64,000 nucleotides of DNA, taken from Macrostomum lignano (Eukaryota). Under the pieces are notes generated by a model. It made no database searches. It was not told the DNA's origin and saw only the letters and a list, made by a program, of their open reading frames with translations. The DNA lies in assembly GCA_002269645.1 (NCBI GenBank), contig NIVC01001172.1:62001-126000 (forward strand), in the 5' to 3' direction. A program made the position numbers and the translations under genes. Below, piece after piece: positions 26,501-40,700 of the stretch. Position 1 is the first letter of the stretch. The number at the start of each line of letters is the position of its first letter.

Positions 26501-29500
26501 GAGAGGGAGACACTGAGAGAGAGAGAGAGAGACACTGAGAGACGCTGAGAGGAGAGGGAGACACTGAGAGAGAAAGAGACACTGAGAGAGAGAGAGACAC
26601 TGAGAGAGAAAGAGACACTGAGAGAGGGGGAGACACTGAAAGGAGAGGGAGACACTGAGAGAGAGAGACACTGAGAGAGAGAGAGACACTGAGAGAGAGA
26701 GAGAGACACTGAGAGACGCTGAGAGGAGAGGGAGACACTGAGAGAGAAAGAGACACTGAGAGAGAAAGAGACACTGAGAGAGAAAGAGACACTGAGAGAG
26801 AAAGAGACACTGAGAGAGAAAGAGACACTGAGAGAGAGGGAGACACTGAGAGAGAGGGAGACACTGAGAGAGAGGGAGACACTGAGAGAGAGAGAGACAC
26901 TGAGAGGGAGAGAGAGACACTGAGAGAGAGAGAGAGAGAGACACTGAGAGACGCTGAGAGGAGAGGGAGACACTGAGAGAGAGAGAGAGACACTGAGAGA
27001 GAAAGAGACACTGAGAGAGATGGAGACACTGAGATAGAGGGAGACACTGAGAGAGAGGGAGACACTGAGAGAGAGAGAGACACTGAGAGAGAACGAGACA
27101 CTGAGAGAGAGGGAGACACTGAGAGGAGAGGGAGACACTGAGAGAGAGAGAGACACTGAGAGAGAAAGAGACACTGAGAGAGAAAGAGACACTGAGAGAG
27201 AGGGAGACACTGAGAGAGAGGGAGACACTGAGAGAGAGGGAGACACTGAGAGAGAGGGAGACACTGAGAGAGAGAGAGACACTGAGAGAGAAAGAGACAC
27301 TGAGAGAGAAAGAGACACTGAGAGAGAGAGAGAGACACTGAGAGAGAGAGAGAGACACTGAGAGAGAGGGAGACACTGAGAGAGAGGGAGACACTGAGAG
27401 GAGAGGGAGACACTGAGAGAGAGAGAGACACTGAGAGAGAAAGAGACACTGAGAGAGAAAGAGACACTGAGAGAGAAAGAGACACTGAGAGAGAGAGAGA
27501 GAGACACTGAGAGAGAGAGAGAGACACTGAGAGAGAGAGAGAGACACTGAGAGACGCTGAGAGGAGAGGGAGACACTGAGAGAGAGAGAGAGACACTGAG
27601 AGAGAAAGAGACACTGAGAGAGATGGAGACACTGAGAGAGAGGGAGACACTGAGAGGAGAGGGAGACACTGAGAGGAGAGGGAGACACTGAGAGAGAGGG
27701 AGACACTGAGAGGAGAGGGAGACACTGAGAGGAGAGGGAGACACTGAGAGGAGAGGGAGACACTGAGAGGAGAGGGTGACACTGAGAGAGGGGGAGACAC
27801 TGAGAGAGAGGGAGACACTGAGAGAGAGAGAGGAAGACACTGAGAGAGAGGAAGACACTGAGAGAGAAGGAGACACTGAGGGGGAGACACTGAGACAGGG
27901 AGACACTGAGAGGAGAGGGAGACACTGAGAGGAGAGGGAGACACTGAGAGGAGAGGGTGACACTGAGAGAGGGGGAGACACTGAGAGAGAGGGAGACACT
28001 GAGAGAGAGAGAGGAAGACACTGAGAGAGAGGAAGACACTGAGAGAGAAGGAGACACTGAGGGGGAGACACTGAGACAGGGAGACACTTAGAGAGGGACA
28101 CACTGAGAGAGATGGAGACACTGAGAGGAGAGGGAGACACTGAGAGGAGAGGGAGACACTGAGAGGAGAGGGAGATACTGAGAGGAGAGGGAGACACTGA
28201 GAGGAGAGGGAGACACTGAGAGGAGAGGGAGAAACTGAGAGAGAGGGAGACACTGAGAGAGGGGGAGACACTGAGAGAGGGGGAGACACTGAGAGGAGAG
28301 GGAGACAAGATAGGAAGGGTACAAGATGATCAATTAAAATTGCAAAGTAAAACTAGCCAAAATACTTGAATGCAATGAAAAGTCAGACATGTAATATAGA
28401 GGCCTATAAACTATCCTGTACAAATGTTGAGCTCAGAGACCCCCAGACAGCCAGTCTCTCTTGTCTAGCGCGCGTTCTGACAAAACAAACCGCGCCATGC
28501 CAGTTTAAGACGGGAAATGCTTTGTGTCCTCGCGCGGCCACTAGCAGCTCGGGCTCGACTTTGTTGGCCCTAAGCAAACAGACCAGAGTTTCAGACTGCG
28601 CCCATACCAATGCCTGGGCTGCAGTGCAGCACTGCAACGCCTCCTGTGCCTGCTGCGGGCCGTGCATGATCTGGGGGCATTGCTGCGAGATGCTTTCAAG
28701 TTCTCAGTTGCTGCCCCCAACATGGCCGAACGAATCTGCAATAGATGTGCTGTTAAATGAGACTGACTGGGATGGGGGCACACAGAAACTCGGGAAAATA
28801 TTGATTGATTATTGACTGAAATTATAAAAGTGAAAATCGATAATCCATTCATATGGCCAGCAAGGAATCGGAGGGGAGGCAGAGAAGGAGGCAGAGAAGA
28901 AGGCAGAGAAGGAGGCAAGAGAAGGAGGCAGAGAAGGAGGCAGAGAAGGAGGTAGAGAAGGAGGCAGAGAAGGAGGCAGAGAAGGAGGCAGAGAAGGGGG
29001 CAGAGAAGGAGGCAGAGAAGGGGGCAGAGAAGGAGGCAGAGAAGGGTGCAGAGAAGGAGGCAGAGAAGGAGGCAGAGAAGGAGGCAGAGAAGGAGGCAGA
29101 GGAGGCAGAGAAGGAGGCAGAGAAGAAGGCAGAGAAGGAGGCAGAGAAGGAGGCAGAGAAGGCAGAGGAGGCAGAGAAGGAGGCAGAGAAGGAGGCAGAG
29201 AAGGAGGCAGAGAAGGAGGCAGAGAAGAAGGCGGAGAAGAAGGCGGAGAAGAAGGCAGAGAAGGAGGCAGAGAAGGAGGCAGAGAAGGAGGCAGAGAAGG
29301 AGGCAGAGAAGGAAACAGAGAAGGAGGCAGAGAAGGAGGCAGAGAAGGAGGCAGAGAAGGAGGCAGAGAAGGAGGCAGAGGAGGCAGAGAAGGAGGCAGA
29401 GAAGGAGGCAGAGAAGGAGGCAGAGGAGGCAGAGAAGGAGGCAGAGGAGGCAGAGAAGGAGGCAGTGGAGGCAGAGAAGGAGGCAGAGGAGGCAGAGAAG

Positions 29501-32493
29501 GAGGCAGAGGAGGCAGAGAAGGAGGCAGAGAAGGAGGCAGAGAAGGAGGCAGAGAAGGAGGCAGAGAAGGAGGCAGAGGAGGCAGAGAAGGAGGCAGAGG
29601 AGGCAGAGAAGGAGGCAGAGAAGGAGGCAGAGAAGGAGGCAGAGGAGGCAGAGAAGGAGGCAGAGGAGGCAGAGAAGGAGGCAGTGGAGGCATAGAAGGA
29701 GGCAGAGGAGGCAGAGAAGGAGGCAGAGAAGGAGGCAGAGAAGGAGGCAGAGAAGGAGGCAGAGAAGGAGGCAGAGAAGGAGGCAGAAGAGGCAGAGAAG
29801 GAGGCAGAGGAGGCAGAGAAGGAGGCAGAGAAGGAGGCAGAGAAGGAGGCAGAGAAGGAGGCAGAGAAGGAGGCAGAGAAGGAGGCAGAGAAGGAGGCAG
29901 AGAAGGAGGCAGAGAAGGAGGCAGAGAAGGAGGCAGAGAAGGAGGCAGAGAAGGAGGCAGAGAAGGAGGCAGAGAAGGAGGCAGAGGAGGCAGAGAAGGA
30001 GGCAGAGGAGGCAGAGAAGGAGGCAGAAGAGGCAGAGAAGCAGGCAGAGGAGGCAGAGAAGGAGGCAGAGGAGGCAGAGAAGGAGGCAGAGGAGGCAGAG
30101 AAGGAGGTAGAGGAGGCAGAGAAGGAGGTAGAGGAGGCAGAGAAGGAGGTAGAGGAGGCAGAGAAGGAGGCAGAGGAGGCAGAGAAGGAGGCAGAAGAGG
30201 CAGAGAAGCAGGCAGAGGAGGCAGAGAAGGAGGCAGAGGAGGCAGAGAAGGAGGTAGAGGAGGCAGAGAAGGAGGTAGAGGAGGCAGAGAAGGAGGCAGA
30301 GGAGGCAGAGAAGGAGACAGAGAAAGCAGAGGAGGCAGAGGGGGGAGGGAAAAGTGTAGCTGGCAGCATTGCAGTTCTCTTTATGCATATTGATGAAGCA
30401 GCCGCTCCTTGCTGGGCCAGTCAAGGCCCATCGATTGTCGGCCACTTTATTGTTTTGAGTCGGAGAACTAATTTCCAATTCGCTTAGCAGCTCTCGATGA
30501 GCTGTGCTAGAAAATTAATTACTAAAGCATCTTTACTCAGTTTCACAGGAACAAATATCAGAGGAACTGGCTTTGATTAATGAAAGTTGAGAGCAAGGCT
30601 TGAAGACAATTAAGTTCAAGACGAAAAAGTCCATTGCTACTTTTGTTAAAATGAACTTTCTTTTCAAAATCATCACACGAGTGTTTACCCTCTAGCTATA
30701 AATTTCATCGAAAATAAGGAAGAAAATCTTCAAACGCTACTTGAAGTAGAACATTTCTACGAGTACTTAACTTATAGCAGTTGGTTTGGTGCAGTTTTTT
30801 ATTAGAAAGTTGAATGCAATTTTCATCCAGAAACACAACTTATCTTGTACCATTTAAAAATATTGAAAGTTATGCATGTTAGACAGATATTGTACCTGTT
30901 AGACAGATAGTGTACCTGTACCTGATTGACAGATAGTGTACCTGTACCTGTTAGACAGATAGTGTACCTGTACCTGTTAGACAGATAGTGTACCTGTACC
31001 TGTTAGACAGATAGTGTACCTGTACCTGATTGACAGATAGTGTACCTGTACCTGTTAGACAGATAGTGTACCTGTACCTGTTAGACAGATAGTGTACCTG
31101 TACCTGTTAGACAGATAGTGTACCTGTTAGATATTGTACCTGTTAGACAGACAGTGTACCTGTCCTTGTTAAACAGATAGTGTACCTGTTAGACAGATAG
31201 TGTACCTGTTAGACAGATATTGTACCTGTTAGACAGATATTGTACCTGTTAGACAGATTGTGTACCTGTACCTGATTGACAGATAGTGTACCTGTACCTG
31301 TTAGACAGATAGTGTACCTGTTAGACAGATAGTGTACCTGTACCTGTTAGACAGATGGTGTACCTGTTAGATATTGTACCTGTTAGACAGACAGTGTACC
31401 TGTACCTGTTAAACAGATGGTGTACCTGTTAGACAGATAGTGTACCTGTTAGACAGATAGTGTACCTGTTAGACAGATAGTGTACCTGTTAGACAGATAG
31501 TGTACCTGTTAGACAGATAGTGTACCTGTTAGACAGATAGTGTACCTGTTAGACAGATAGTGTACCTGTTAGACAGATAGTGTACCTGTTAGACAGATAG
31601 TGTACCTGTTAGACAGATAGTGTACCTGTTAGACAAGTCGTGTACCCGTCAGACAGATAGTGTACCTGTTAGACAGACAGTGTAGCTGTCAGACAAATCG
31701 TGTACCCGTCAGACAGATAGTGTAGCTGTCAGACAAATCGTGTACCCGTCAGGCAGATAGTGTAGCTGTCAGACAAATCGTGTACCCGTCAGGCAGATAG
31801 TGTACCCAAGTCTAACAAAGCCAGTTGGCAATTCCAGTTGGTAGAAGTTGCAAATAATGAGCAAATTGAGTAGCCTCCATCTCAGAGCAGTACAATTGTT
31901 ATTGGGTCTGAAATGACTCACTAACTGTGCTCAGCCAAAGCACTGCGGGCTTAACCGCTCTGTTGAGAATAAAAAAACCACAAGACAAGCAGAAAGAAGC
32001 ACCGAAAGAAGGAAAGAGAAGAGATTCTTCTTTGCCATGGCGTCAGACTAATCTCGGGGTATTTTGCACTGTATCTGACACCGCCCCCCCCCCCAACGGC
32101 CGCCCCTCCTCCCTGTAGCTGATAGTGAAGTTTGTCGCTCGAGACTGCCCCCTGAGGGCTCCGCCAGGGACACCATGGTTTAGCAATCTGGATTGGAAAA
32201 CACCGCACACGATAAGGCCTGTTAACCGTTTATTGTATGCCTCTGATGCTTGGGAGAACTTCTGACTCTCCCGCTACATCCCTGGTTCGATTCCACATTC
32301 ATTTTGGGGCTTGTGTGCCTGACGATTAGAAAGTCAGAGCCAGACTGTACACCCTGGGTGAGCGTGTGCATGAGTCAGTATTGACGCGCTTGCATGTGCT
32401 CAGGAGTCAGCGGAATGGGCAGAGTTGCCGTCAGCGCTGCCTCATTATTATTAGTATTAAATTTATAATTATTATTGTCATTATGATTTTTTC

Positions 32494-32555
<62 letters not shown>

Positions 32556-35500
32556 GAGCTTGTGAAAGTGACAGTAAAACAAGCCACCAGTCGGCTGCCA
32601 GTCCAGATACTCTGTCCAGGACTCTCTGGTTCAGCTTGGTGTGTCTCATGCTTTTTCTGGATTCGACCCGCCTCTCCAACCCCCCCCTTCTCTGCATAAA
32701 CGGAGGTGAGGCAGCCTAATTGCCGGTGTACAATTGAGGGGCTGGCCGGCAGTCTGGAGGCGCATGAATCTTGAAGGGGCCGCAGGGAGCCGCCTACTTA
32801 CTCGGGGCATAAATTAGAACACGCGTGGCAACTGCGGGCTTGGCACACAGTTGGAAAAGAGATACTGTGTTAGAGACAGGCGCAGGCGGCACAGTTAAAA
32901 AAGAAGTCAGTCTGTCAGCTATAGTTGTCAGTGGCTTTGAGCAGCAGCAGAAGTTGAAGCCATCAGCATCGTGGTAGAGCAAGTCAAAGTCTGCGCGGTC
33001 AAGTTGATTGACAGAAGCTGTCAAATCCTCCCGCTGACACAGCCTCCCATTGTCCCTGGCTGACTCATCCCATCTCATCTCAAACCTACCGTTGTGTGGA
33101 GACACCAACAGGCCACCGGCTGCTACAGTTTGCTTCTGAAAGCAGAAATTTAGCGTTATTTTCTCTAATGTCAAAGAGCTTCAGGCGGCTGGGCCTGGGT
33201 CGCAGGTCGGACTCCAGACTGCAGTCCAAGTGGAAAGAGCAGCTGCACTGCGCTGGCACCGAGCCAGCCACTGAGTTTGAGCCGCAGATGCCTCACGGCC
33301 GCTATGGAGCTGACAGGGGACACGGTGAGAGATTTGGGACTGGCGAGCAATGCGTCCGTGAGTCACGGGTTGCAAATTCCCGAGTAATAAGAGAATAAGA
33401 AAGGAAATGAGAGGAGAGAATGGAGGGAGAGAATGGAGGGAGAGAATGGAGGGAGAGAAGAGAGAATGAAGAGAGAGAATGAAGGGAGAGAATGGAGGGA
33501 GAGAATGGAGGGAGAGAAGAGAGAATGAAGAGAGAGAATGAAGGGAGAGAACGAAGGGAGAGAATAAAGGGAGAGAATGAAGGGAAAGGAAGGAGGGAAA
33601 GAATGAAGGGAGAGAATAAAGGTAGAGAATGGAGGGAGAATGAAGGGAGAGAATGAGAGGAACGGATGAAGTGGGAGAATGAAGGGAGAGAATGAAGTGA
33701 GAGAATGAAGGGAGAGAATGAAGGGAGAGAATGGGAGGAACGGATGAAGTGAGAGAATGAAGGGAGAGAATGAAGTGAGAGAATGAAGGGAGAGAATGAA
33801 GGGAGAGAATAAAGGTAGGAAATGGAAGGAGAATGAAGGAGAGAATGAAGGGAGAGAATGAGAGGAACGAATGAAGGAGAGAATGAAGGGAGAGAATGAA
33901 GGGAGAGAATAAAGGTAGAAAATGGAAGGAGAATGAAGGGAGAGAATAAAGGTAGAAAATGGAGGGAGAATGAAGGGAGAGAATGAAGGGAGAGAATGAG
34001 AGGAAGGAATGAAGGAGAGAATGAAGGGAGAGAGTGAAGGGAGAACAAAGTGGGATTTGCAGGGGTGATAAACAAAATAATGGCTAAAGATTAGTGACCC
34101 CGCTCTTATCACACGAGCTTAATGAGTAAGATGAACCATTCACGGGCTAGAGCTTTAGCAAGAGTCGAGTGCCTAATGGAGGGGATCATTAATAAGTAAA
34201 TAAATCGGAGGCAAAAGTTACCAAACGGTAGCAGCTATAAATCATTGGCAGAACCAACCTGCACCAGCCATTCTTTCGCGCTCCGGTCGACATCCACCGC
34301 TAATTATCATCTGGGAGATTGGTTGCGACCAACTTTTCTGCACTTTTCTGTGCAAATTTTAGCTGATAAACTGGTCCCCCTTTCTTGCCAATACTTGACC
34401 GATTCTGGGGTGTAAACCTGTCAGCACCGGCCCCTCTGCCCTCCTATTGCACTCTCCCTGTGCAACCAACTGATCGGGGCTGTAAATCATTCCACCCTCA
34501 AGTGTAATTTGGTCCGACTTTATTGCCGAAATAAACTTTTCCACGCGTGCTAACTACACTACTGATGGTCAGTAGAAATAAAAGAAAAACCATTCTCTTT
34601 TATACATATATTATCCACAAACAATGATTCACTCATTGTTAACAAATTCAAATTGAAAAAATATGAAAATTCGCTATGCTGCCTGTTTGACAGCTGAAAA
34701 ATCAATAAATCAACCAACTAACTTGAGCATGACGCATCCTATCCTTACTCCAGCTATAACTTAGCCATACTTAGTGAGACCAGCTGGTTCGCTTTGGACT
34801 GAGTGGGACGCAGAGTTTTACTGGGAGCTCCCGCATGCTGGGCATATTTGATATTTGACTGCTGCAGACACTGGCTGTCTGCGAATTTGTACACTAACTA
34901 TTCAACCCATTTTTTCTCTTTGTCTTTGCTCATTGTAGTGACTGCCGGCCTCTCACCTTTCCTCTCCCTTTATCCTCCTGACTCTCACCCTATTTTCAAT
35001 TTTATTCTCCTGAATTTTACCCTTATTCTCCTGACTCTCACCCCTATTTTCCTGACTCTCACCCCTATTCTCCTGACTCTCACCATATTCTCACCCTTAT
35101 ATTCTCCTGAATCTCACCCTATTCTCAACCTATTCTCCTGACTCTCACCCTATTCTCAACCTTATTATCCTGACTCTCACCCTTATTATCCTGACTCTCA
35201 CCCTTATTCTCCTGACTCTCACCCTTATTCTCCTGACTCTCACCCTTATTCTCCTGACTCTCACCCTTATTCTCCTGACTCTCACCCTTATTCTCCTGAC
35301 TCTCACCCTTATTCTCCTGACTCTCACCCTTATTCTCCTGACTCTCACCGCAGTCTCTGTGTGACTCCCTTGCACCATCGCTGTCTCCTATCCATTTCAT
35401 CCCCATTTATCTATTCTCCCTCCAATCTGTCTCTCCCTTGTGGCCGCATCCATTCACCTGTCTCACCCTAATCAGGGCTTCACCCCCGGGAGTGCTCCAG

Positions 35501-37696
35501 CACTCGTTCTCCACACACCGCCCCCCCCCCAGTCGCAGGCACAATTTATGACAATGAAAACCTGCTCAATGCCGCCTCATCATAGAGATTGAGTGAGCAA
35601 ATGGCGACAGTCTGGGCGGGCGCAACCCCGTCAGCCAGCCGCCTCCCAGCCAGGTAATTAATAATTCAGCAGCATTGGTCTGCTGTGAGGCTGACCGCGC
35701 GCCAATTTATGAAATGCAGCTGAAAATGATAATCAAAGAAGAATCAGAAATGGATGAGATGGTGTCTCACTCAAGTTAGATGGTGTCTTACTCAAATTAG
35801 ATGTTAGTCTTACTCAAATTAGATGTCGTCTTACTCAAATTAGATGTCGTCTTACTCAAATTAGATGGTGTCTTACTCAAATTAGATGGTGTCTTACTCA
35901 AATTAGATGGTGTCTTACTCAAATTAGATGGTGTCTTACTCAAATTGGATGGTGTCTTACTCAAATTAGATGTCGTCTTACTCAAATTAGATGTCGTCTT
36001 ACTCAAATTAGATGGTGTCTCACTCAAATTAGATGGTGTCTTACTCAAATTAGACGGTATCTTTACTCAAGTCCCTATCAATAACTGAGACCAATTAATT
36101 TCGTTTCTTTCAGTATACGATAGCATAATAGCTTTTCTATTTTTCAATTCCAAGAAACCTTTTCAATCCCAGTCCATCTACTTGTTAGTAGTCCTTGAAC
36201 TAGCCCCGTAATTATCCTCTTAATCAGTCTGTCTGGCAGAGTGGAGGCCTGTACCGTGTGCGCAGATCTGCATTGACGCGGGATGCGGATCTCTCGCCGT
36301 GACTCCCCACAGCCTCCCCCCCCCTGAGGAAGGGGGATAACCAGGCAATAGATGGAAATGAAAATCCCAGCAACTGCTAGCCAAATTCCCGTTCAGGTGG
36401 CGCAAGTCAAATTTGGCCCTGAAAAGCCAACGCCAGTACCTGGGAGTGCAGTGCGTGTGTGTGTGTGGGGGGGGGGTAGAGAGGAAGGCAGTGCAGGGTT
36501 GGGCAAATTCTATGCATATATAAGCCATTCCATGCATCCTCAATAGGCCAGTGCTTCCCTCCAAGCACTCTCCTAGAAAAAATTGCAAATAATACGGCTG
36601 CAATCATAGAGATGTTACGTCACAACCAAGAATCTAAATTAAAACTTTCCTATACATTTTTATTTCCAGGTGAGAATAATGCGTATTAGCAAACTGCGAG
36701 AAATATTTGAAAACAATTAATGCCTTTGTTATCTTCGCAGACTCTTCCGCTGATTCAACTGGAGTGTCTGGCGCCCACTTCGACCCGAGCTGGAGACGGA
36801 ACCAGCAGCAGATGCCGGCTGGAGCATCCGGGATGTCTGCTAGCAGCGGTGCAGGAGGCGCCAACAGCGACAAGCCCGCGACAGGCAGCAAAATCAAGGT
36901 GCGTTATTTGCTGCAAGTCTGCTTTTGCTTGCTGCTGTTTCTGCTCACAAGCTTGTCAAGTCCACAGATACTAAAATAACTAGATGGGCCACTCAGGCAG
37001 CATATATACTTAGTCAAACAGCTTTCTACTTTCAGTTCAGTAGCAAAGAAGAATACAGAAGCTATTTTATAGAAATAAAGGCAGCTGAAATTGACTTTGA
37101 TAAGTTTAGAAGCCCAAGCTTGCAGGCGCGTAAACAGCTTGCTAATTGGTTCAGCAGCAATGTACATTAGCCAGTCCACTGAAATGTACATGGCAGCTTT
37201 AGGCTGGAATTCTGAGAAAGGCAATAAAAATTGGGGCGGGTGGGGGGCGGGGTTGATTGGATGGTTTAAACTGGGGAGAGCCAATTAATGAGCCTTGGCT
37301 TTAAAAGTACATTAATATGCTTCTGTTTAACCTACTACTGAGCTGAAAGTAGCTTACACGCCAATGTGCTGAGTGGCCCATCCAGTCATCCAGTGGTCAA
37401 GTCCCAGAAAATCTCAGTCAATCTCGTACGTCTACACGGGTTTACGATTAGAAAGCAGCCACGCTACAACATAATAAATAATTAAGGTTATTTAGATAGT
37501 ACGAACCTGGGATTAGTTGCTTCAATTTTCGAGTGAACATCGAAGACCTGTCAGAACTAATAGTTTTACAGAGTTAAATTTATTGATTAAAAAAATAATC
37601 ATGCATGGCTAAAATAAACATTTCGCAGAGCATTTTTCGCGGAATTGGCATCAAACGAGCCAAAAGTTCATCAAAGTTAGACAATAAGAAGAAGAC

Positions 37697-37757
<61 letters not shown>

Positions 37758-40700
37758 TACGAACAACAGATGAAACTCCAGCAACTGTTGATGCAACAAC
37801 AGCAGCAGCAACAGCTGGCAATGACTCAGAGTGCCCTCCTTGGCACAGACAGTCGCAGTCACCTGTACAACCTGCAGCAGCAGCAGCAGCAGTGAGTTCA
37901 ATGAAAGTGTTACAAAGTAAAGAAGTGTAGATTTCTTTTTTATGATAAATATACGAGGTACTTGCACGAATGCTTAGTGCTGTTTGCATGAAAAAGTTTT
38001 CTACTTAAAGTAGTGCGAGTGAAAATAGGAATAGAATAGAATAGAATAGAATAGAATAGAATAGAATAGAATAGAATAGAATAGAATAGAATAGAATAGA
38101 ATAGAATAGAATAGAATAGAATAGAATAGAATAGAATAGAATAGAATAGAATAGAATAGAATAGAATAGAATAGAATAGAATAGAATAGAATAGAATATA
38201 ATAGAATAGAATAGAATAGAATAGAATAGAATAGAATAGAATAGAATAGAATAGAATAGAATAGAATAGAATAGAATAGAATAGAATAGAATAGAATAGA
38301 ATATAATAGAATAGAATAGAATAGAATAGAATAAAATAGAATAGAATAGAATAGAACAGAGTACAATAGAATGGATAGGGTCGGATGCAACCGCATGCTT
38401 CCAGTGCAGTGTCTGCCGCACCCCAGTCCTGCATGCCTGAATCTCCCAAATCGATCAACCCAGCTACTACGGTCAGCAGCAGCAGCAGCAGCTCCATCAC
38501 CCAGCCAGCCAGTTTCCCCGCTCGGCCAGCTCCGGCCCCGTTCTGCCGCAGCCGCCGCCTCCTCCAGCAACCAGTGCGGCTGGTGGCTGCCTCGAATGCT
38601 CCATCGAGTCCGCGCAGCAGCAGCAGCAGCAGCAGCCGATGCTGCGAAATCGGCACCGCCTTGCTGGTGGCGTCTCTCCGGCCTCCTCCGACCGGGTGGC
38701 CAGCAGCTGCCTGCCGATCGGCGCTGGTTACGGTGGTAGCGGCGGCGGCGGAAGCTTCCGCATGGAGGCCTCAGCATCTGGAGGGTCCGGCATCGAGGCC
38801 CACAGTTACCGGCCCAGCCACCTGGCCGTGCCGGGCGAACCGCTGGAGTTGTGAGTCAGCTCTGATCTCATCTCAGCTCTGATCTTATCTCAGCACTGAT
38901 CTCATCTCAGCTCTGATCTCATCTCAGCTCTGATCTCATCTCAGCTCTGATCTCATCTCAGCTCTGATCTCATCTCAGCTCTGATCTCATCTCAGCTCTG
39001 ATCTCATCTCAGCTCTGATCTCATCTCAGCTCTGATCTCATCTCAGCTCTGATCTCATCTCAGCTCTGATCTCATCTCAGCTCTGATCTCATCTCAGCTC
39101 TGATCTCATCTCAGCTCTGATCTCATCTCAGCTCTGATCTCATCTCAGCTCTGATCTCATCTCAGCTCTGATCTCATCTCAGCTCTGATCTCATCTCAGC
39201 TCTGATCTCATCTCAGCTCTGATCTCATCTCAGCTCTGATCTCATCTCAGCTCTGATCTCATCTCAGCTCTGATCTCATCTCAGCTCTGATCTCATCTCA
39301 GCTCTGATCTCATCTCAGCTCTGATCTCATCTCAGCTCTGATCTCATCTCAGCACTGATCTCATCTCAGCTCTGATCTCATCTCAGCTCTGATCTCATCT
39401 CAGCTCTGATCTCATCTCAGCTCTGATCTCATCTCAGCTCTGATCTCATCTCAGCTCTGATCTCATCTCAGCTCTGATCTCATCTCAGCTCTGATCTCAT
39501 CTCAGCTCTGATCTCATCTCAGCTCTGATCTCATCTCAGCTCTGATCTCATCTCAGCTCTGATCTCATCTCAGCCCGACTCCCATCTCATAATTATTCTT
39601 ATCTCTTTTCTCGCCTCTGTCAATAGATTATATTTATATTTATATTTATATTTAGATTATACTCTATTTTCTACTTTATTTGTTGACAAAAACCCAGCAT
39701 TTCTACTCATAGTAGACTACTACTAAAATAGAGTTTAAGTGCGACTAGAAACCATTAATTGGTGTTTGCAAACTGCACTCTTTTCTCCGCGTGCGCGCAT
39801 GCCCCCCCCCCCAATCGTTTTGAATGAGCTGCAAGCATGAGAAGGGCATGAAGCTGAGCTAGTAATTTATTATTTCCTCGGACCATGGCGGCGCCTCATC
39901 CACCCACGCTTTTCTGACTGAGAGAAAAAACTTGCAATAAAAGCCAAAAAAATTAGAATTCGAGCGAGGCTATCTGACTCAGCTCTCATGTGGGAATGAA
40001 TTTTGTGCAGTTCTCAGATCTTCTACCATTCTGCCGAGCGCAATGGTGAATGAAAATATGGCTGTGAATTCTCGAAAAAAATTTCTTGTTTCTGCTTTCA
40101 ATACGAGAGCTCTGGGTCCCACTGGAGATCTGAATCTCACTGTAAGAGATCTGAATCTCACTGTAAGAGATCTGAATCTCACTGTAGGAGATCTGAATCT
40201 CACTGTAAGAGATCTGAATCTCACTGTAAGAGATCTGAATCTCACTGTAGGAGATCTGAAGGAGATCTGAATCTCACTGTAGGAGATCTGAAGGAGATCT
40301 GAATCTCACTGTAGGAGATCTGAAGGAGATCTGAATCTCACTGTAGGAGATCTGAATCTCACTGTAGGAGATCTGAATCTCACTGTAGGAGATCTGAAGG
40401 AGATCTGAATCTCACTGTAGGAGATCTAAATCTCACTGTAGGAGATCTGTAGGAGATCTGAATCTCACTGTAGGAGATCTGTAGGAGATCTGAATCTCAC
40501 TGTACGAGAACTGAATCTCACTGTAGGAGATCTGAAGGAGATCTGAATCTCACTGTACGAGATCTGAATCTCACTGTAGGAGATCTGAATCTCACTGTAA
40601 GAGATCTGAATCTCACTGTAAGAGATCTGAATCTCACTGTAAGAGATCTGAATCTCACTGTAGGAGATCTAAATCTCACTGTAGGAGATCTGAATCTCAT

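Noticed and set aside
15887-30478. Very long ORFs (427-1437 aa) in the supplied track, on both strands
   Set aside because: They are translations of stop-free tandem repeats, open in several frames at once, with no domain content.
32366-32719. Poly-Ile/poly-Asn ORFs
   Set aside because: Translation of an (ATT)n microsatellite.
36352-36460. Candidate alternative RasGAP first exon ([10 protein letters not shown]...GSA|GTGCGT)
   Set aside because: The phase-0 donor is incompatible with the phase-1 acceptor at 36740.
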